Assembly: GCA_016195245.1 (NCBI GenBank)
Contig: JACQAC010000057.1
Coordinates: forward strand, 1-51,437
Length of the DNA: 51,437 nt
From: Pseudomonadota bacterium
GTDB taxonomy: Bacteria; Pseudomonadota; Alphaproteobacteria; Caulobacterales; Aquidulcibacteraceae
Direction of reading: 5' to 3'
Shown here: piece by piece, positions 47,181 through 51,437 of the stretch
How positions within the stretch are numbered: the stretch's first letter is position 1
Layout of the letters: the number at the start of each line of letters is the position of its first letter
Made by a program: the position numbers and the translations under genes
The notes under the pieces: model-generated
The model's input: only the letters and a program-made list of their open reading frames with translations
The model's database searches: none
What the model was told of the DNA's origin: nothing

Positions 47181-47638
47181 ACGAGGCTGAAATTGACGCG
47201 CGGCGCGCGGCGCGGCTGGGCGCCGTGCAAGCGCTCTACCAGATGGAGGTGGCCGGGGCCTCGACAGCCGACGTGATCGCCGAGTTCGATGCAGGCAGAC
47301 TGCCGCGCGAAACCGAGGCGAGCATCACCGAGACCGAAGGCGATCCCGAGCTCTTTAAGACCATCGTCGAAAAGGCGGTCGAGCGGCAGGCGACGTTGGA
47401 CCGCGCCATCGCGCGGCATCTGAGCAAGGGGTGGCGGTTGGAGCGGTTGGACGCGGTGGCTCGAGCCATTCTGCGCGCGGGGTCGGCGGAGTTGGAGCAG
47501 CGCGCGGATATTCCGGTGGCCGTGGTGATCGATGAGTATGTCGAGATCGCAAAGAGCTTTTTTGATGGACCGGAGCCGGGCTTTGTGAACGCCACTTTGG
47601 ATGCTTGCGCGCGGGACTTGCGGGCCGCTGAAGCGTAA
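47177..47638 (+). CDS. nusB: Transcription antitermination factor NusB
   Basis: RRAARLGAVQALYQ, WRLERLD, VIDEYVEIAK, FVNATLD. Confidence 0.96.
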   Translation: MNEAEIDARRAARLGAVQALYQMEVAGASTADVIAEFDAGRLPRETEASITETEGDPELFKTIVEKAVERQATLDRAIARHLSKGWRLERLDAVARAILRAGSAELEQRADIPVAVVIDEYVEIAKSFFDGPEPGFVNATLDACARDLRAAEA

Positions 47639-47647
47639 GTTGCGGCC

Positions 47648-48649
47648 ATGTCCGCGGATGAATTCGACACGATCCGAAGGTTGTTCGCGCCGTTAGCGAC
47701 GAACCCGGCTGCACGCGGACTCGTGGACGACGTCGCGGTGTTGGAAGCAAGCGGCAGTCTCGTCGTGACCACAGACGCCATCGTCGAAGGCGTACATTTC
47801 CTGCCGGACGACCCAATCGAGACGGTGGCGAAGAAGGCGCTGCGGGTGAACCTGTCCGATCTGACGGCAAAGGGCGCGAGATGCGTGGGCGTTCTGCTGA
47901 CCTTGGTCTGGCCCGATCAGCGCCCGAGCGCGCAGTTGACGACTTTCGCGGACGGGCTTGCCGAAGACCTGACGTTCTTCGATGTCCCGCTGCTGGGAGG
48001 CGACACCGCAAGAACGCCCGGGCCGCTCGTCGTATCAATGACGGCTCTCGGAGAGGCGCTGGAAGCAAGAATTCCTTCGCGCGCTGACGCAATACCGGGT
48101 GATCATTTGTGGGTCACAGGTTTCATCGGCGAGGCGTACCTCGGACTTCGAGCGCTAACCGAGCTGCCCCCCGTCCTTGGGGCCAGCCCAGACGATCAAG
48201 TGGACCTCGCGGCGATACAGGTGCGCTCATCCTATCGCACGCCGTACCCGCCCGTACCGCTTGCGGAGTGCATCGCGCGCTATGCGCGCGCTTCGACAGA
48301 TGTGTCGGATGGGCTGGTCGCTGACGCGGCGAACATCGCCAATGCTTCGGGGGTAGCCATTCGTCTAGACGCGGAGGCTATTCCCCTTGGCCTGGCGGGC
48401 CACAACTATGTCGCCAAACACGGCGCTAAAGGGTTAGTTGAACTCATCACGGGTGGAGACGACTATCAGGCGCTGTTCACGGCTGACTCTGCGCACAGGC
48501 GCGAAATCTTGGCGATTAGCCGAGCGGCCGGTGTGAATGCCGTTGTTATTGGACACGTGACCGAAGGACGCGGCGTGAAAGTGATCGACGCCAATGGGGC
48601 GGAAATAGCAACGTATGCGCTCGGTCACCGCCACACCTTGGGCCGGTAA
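47648..48649 (+). CDS. thiL: Thiamine-phosphate kinase
   Basis: DDVA, VEGVHF, VNLSDL, GGDT, DVSDGL, GGDDY. Confidence 0.94.
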   Translation: MSADEFDTIRRLFAPLATNPAARGLVDDVAVLEASGSLVVTTDAIVEGVHFLPDDPIETVAKKALRVNLSDLTAKGARCVGVLLTLVWPDQRPSAQLTTFADGLAEDLTFFDVPLLGGDTARTPGPLVVSMTALGEALEARIPSRADAIPGDHLWVTGFIGEAYLGLRALTELPPVLGASPDDQVDLAAIQVRSSYRTPYPPVPLAECIARYARASTDVSDGLVADAANIANASGVAIRLDAEAIPLGLAGHNYVAKHGAKGLVELITGGDDYQALFTADSAHRREILAISRAAGVNAVVIGHVTEGRGVKVIDANGAEIATYALGHRHTLGR

Positions 48650-48684
48650 TATCTCGGCAACCATTGCGTCGGATTCTCCTGACC

Positions 48685-49131
48685 ATGAAACGGGCAATCG
48701 CAATGGCGCTGTTGGCGTCCACACTTCTGAACGGTTTGGCGACGGCGCGGGCCGAAGAACATGGCGCGGCGGCGCCGGCCGGGCACGGGCAAAGCGATGG
48801 CGATGTCACGCGAACGATGGACGCGCAATACCTAGCCGTGCCGGTGGTTCGTGATGGCCGCCTGGTGAACTACCTCTTCGTTTCGCTCCGGATACAGATT
48901 TCGCCGCACGTGGACCTGTGGCGGACCCGGGAGAAGGCGCAGTTCCTGCGCGACGCCCTGGTTCGCGCCAGCCACGCCAACGCGCTGGCCGACCCAAACG
49001 ACAACAACGCTCTCAATCAGGCGCTCGCCATCCAGGTGTATCGGCAAGCAGCCTCGCAGACGCTGGGCGCGGATGCGGTGGCCGGCATCACGATTGTATC
49101 GACTTATTCGAGCCTCGGGGCCGGCATGTGA
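48685..49131 (+). CDS. Exported hypothetical protein (FliL-like pattern)
   Basis: Signal peptide, VPVVRDGRLVNYLFV, FLRDALVRA. Confidence 0.6.
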   Translation: MKRAIAMALLASTLLNGLATARAEEHGAAAPAGHGQSDGDVTRTMDAQYLAVPVVRDGRLVNYLFVSLRIQISPHVDLWRTREKAQFLRDALVRASHANALADPNDNNALNQALAIQVYRQAASQTLGADAVAGITIVSTYSSLGAGM

Positions 49132-49300
49132 ATTCGTAGGGCTGGGCTGCCCTGGCCTTCCTTGCGCTCTGGATCAGGTTTTGGCAGTAGAGCGCCCACC
49201 TGAGGGGGAAGCGTACCGCTGACGGACTGTCGCGGGCGGCCAACCCAATTCCCCAACCCGGCGCCGCTGTCGCAAGCACTGCGTCGCCCAGGACAAAGCA

Positions 49301-51437
49301 ATGAACCTAGATTTGATCCTCTGGCTGGCGGTGGCCGCGGGCATTCTCGCAGCGCTGTATGGCTGGCTCGAAACCCAATCCATCACCAAGGCGAGCGCCG
49401 GCACCGACCGGATGAAAGAAATCGCTGCGGCCATTCAAGAGGGCGCGCGTGCTTACTTGAACCGCCAATATCGCACCATTGCGATGGTCGGCGCTGGCGC
49501 GGTGATTGTGCTCGGCTTCGCATTCTGGCCGGTGTGGCAGATCCCGGTTGGCTTCATCATCGGCGCAGTGCTTTCGGGCGCTGCCGGTTTCGTCGGCATG
49601 AACGTGTCGGTGCAAGCCAACGTGCGGACGGCGGAAGCCTCGCGTACCTCGCTCGCAGGCGGCCTACGCATGGCGTTCAAGGCGGGCTCGGTGACCGGCA
49701 TGCTGGTCGCCGGCGGCGCGCTGTTCGGCGTCGCTGTCTATTATCTCATCCTGACGAAGTTCATGAACCTTGAGCCGACGAGCCGCACGGTTGTCGACTC
49801 GCTGGTTGCGCTGGGCTTCGGCGCTTCGCTGATCTCGATCTTCGCGCGTTTGGGTGGCGGCATCTTCACCAAGGGCGCTGACGTCGGCGGCGACATGGTC
49901 GGCAAGGTCGAAGCCGGCATTCCGGAGGACGATCCACGCAACCCGGCGACGATCGCCGACAACGTTGGCGACAACGTTGGTGATTGCGCTGGTATGGCGG
50001 CGGACTTGTTCGAGACCTACGCGGTGAGCACGGTCGCAACGATGGTGTTGGCTTCCATCCTCTTCCGCGAAGCCACGGAAGTTGCATCGATCATGATGTT
50101 GCCGCTGGCGATTGGCTCCATTGCGATCGTGGCCTCGATCATTGGTACGTTCTTCGTCCGCTTGGGCCCGTCCAACAACATTATGGGCGCGCTCTATAAG
50201 GGCTTGGCCGCCGCGGGCATTCTCTCGGCCATCGGCTTGGCCGGCGCGATCCAATCGACGATCGGTTGGGGTGCGGTCGCGCAAAGCCTCGGCCCGTCTT
50301 CGCCACTCGCCAACATCACCGGCACGAACCTCTTCCTGTGTGGGATCATTGGTCTGCTGGTGACGGCGGCGATCGTGTGGATCACGGAGTACTACACGGG
50401 CACGGGCTTCCGTCCGGTGAAGAGCGTGGCGAAAGCTTCGCAATCCGGCCACGGCACCAACGTCATTCAAGGTCTCGCAGTCTCGATGGAATCGACGGCG
50501 CTGCCGGCGCTGACCATCGTGGCGGGCATCGTCGCGTGCTTCACGCTTGCGGGCTTGTTCGGCATCGCCATCGCGGTAACGACCATGCTCTCCGTCGCAG
50601 GCATCATCGTTGCACTCGATGCGTTTGGTCCGGTGACGGATAACGCAGGCGGTATCGCTGAAATGGCGGAGCTGCCGAAGGAAGTGCGCGTCACCACTGA
50701 TGCGCTCGACGCGGTCGGCAACACCACCAAGGCGGTCACCAAGGGCTATGCGATCGGCTCAGCGGGCCTCGGCGCGCTGGTGCTGTTCGCGGCGTATTTC
50801 GAAGACCTGCGTTACTACGCAGCGCACGCTTCGGAATTCCGCTTCTTCGACGGCGTGCTGCCGGATTTCGCGCTCAACAATCCGTACGTGATCGTCGGCC
50901 TCTTCGTGGGCGGATTGTTGCCGTACCTGTTCGGCGGCTGGTCGATGACCGCCGTGGGGCGCGCGGCGGAGGCGGTAGTTGCGGAAGTGCGCCGTCAGTT
51001 CAAGGAAATCCCGGGCATCATGGAACGCACGGCGAAGCCGGATTACGGCCGCGCCGTGGATATTCTGACACAGGCGGCGATCAAGGAAATGATCATCCCG
51101 TCGATGCTGCCTGTGCTTTCCCCGATCGCGCTCTTCCTGGTGGTCGACGCGATCGCGGGCCCCAGTCAAGCACTGGCCTCGCTGGGTGCGCTGCTGGTCG
51201 GCGTGATCGTGACGGGCTTGTTCGTCGCCATTTCGATGACCTCGGGTGGCGGCGCTTGGGACAACGCCAAAAAGCTGATCGAAGAAGGTCAGTACGGCGG
51301 CAAGGGCTCGGATGCGCACAAGGCGGCGGTCACGGGCGACACGGTTGGCGATCCCTACAAGGATACGTCCGGCCCCGCCGTGAACCCGATGATCAAGATC
51401 ACCAACATCGTGGCGCTGTTGCTGCTGGCGGTATTGG
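49301..51437 (+). CDS. hppA: Membrane H+-translocating pyrophosphatase (K+-independent type), 3' end outside window
   Basis: Manual translation from ATG 49301: [70 protein letters not shown]; GNTTKA has the Lys of K+-independent enzymes. Confidence 0.96.
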   Translation, partial: MNLDLILWLAVAAGILAALYGWLETQSITKASAGTDRMKEIAAAIQEGARAYLNRQYRTIAMVGAGAVIVLGFAFWPVWQIPVGFIIGAVLSGAAGFVGMNVSVQANVRTAEASRTSLAGGLRMAFKAGSVTGMLVAGGALFGVAVYYLILTKFMNLEPTSRTVVDSLVALGFGASLISIFARLGGGIFTKGADVGGDMVGKVEAGIPEDDPRNPATIADNVGDNVGDCAGMAADLFETYAVSTVATMVLASILFREATEVASIMMLPLAIGSIAIVASIIGTFFVRLGPSNNIMGALYKGLAAAGILSAIGLAGAIQSTIGWGAVAQSLGPSSPLANITGTNLFLCGIIGLLVTAAIVWITEYYTGTGFRPVKSVAKASQSGHGTNVIQGLAVSMESTALPALTIVAGIVACFTLAGLFGIAIAVTTMLSVAGIIVALDAFGPVTDNAGGIAEMAELPKEVRVTTDALDAVGNTTKAVTKGYAIGSAGLGALVLFAAYFEDLRYYAAHASEFRFFDGVLPDFALNNPYVIVGLFVGGLLPYLFGGWSMTAVGRAAEAVVAEVRRQFKEIPGIMERTAKPDYGRAVDILTQAAIKEMIIPSMLPVLSPIALFLVVDAIAGPSQALASLGALLVGVIVTGLFVAISMTSGGGAWDNAKKLIEEGQYGGKGSDAHKAAVTGDTVGDPYKDTSGPAVNPMIKITNIVALLLLAVL

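Noticed and set aside
49307-51319. Several minus-strand ORFs at the right end
   Set aside because: Antisense shadows of hppA, which the ORF track omits because it runs off the window.

Overview
GC-rich alphaproteobacterial chromosome segment. The hemA-mucR-glyA-nrdR-rib-nusB-thiL-hppA gene order suggests Caulobacterales/Hyphomonadaceae (inference). Four blocks: (1) 1-6.8 kb, a copper/heavy-metal module downstream of tRNA-Leu(CAG): anti-sigma, periplasmic sensor, ECF sigma, cusF-like, DUF2231, copA, copB, a Cys-rich leader-like ORF and TolC, with three copies of a TGAGGGA-N15-CGTA promoter motif. (2) 7-23.7 kb, mixed housekeeping genes (lepA, M3 peptidase, phospholipase C, aminotransferase and others), two palindromic repeat elements, a DUF559 nuclease and an unexplained, highly structured ~230-nt intergenic RNA candidate. 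(3) 23.9-40.6 kb, the most notable block: a ~17 kb accessory region after tRNA-Ser(GGA) encoding an apparently complete trans-envelope electron conduit. It has a two-component system, a TPR protein, a membrane-anchored FeS/FAD oxidoreductase, its own ccmFGHI, a cytochrome-b-like membrane protein, a 21-heme cytochrome c, a 23(+1)-heme tandem-repeat cytochrome c and a TPR/beta-barrel outer-membrane protein, and it runs directly into hemA. (4) 40.6-51.4 kb, core genes. Three genes (alkylsulfatase, nrdR/ribD, ribB) carry apparent internal deletions that are either real lesions or assembly errors. All calls come from motif reading only; no database search was run.
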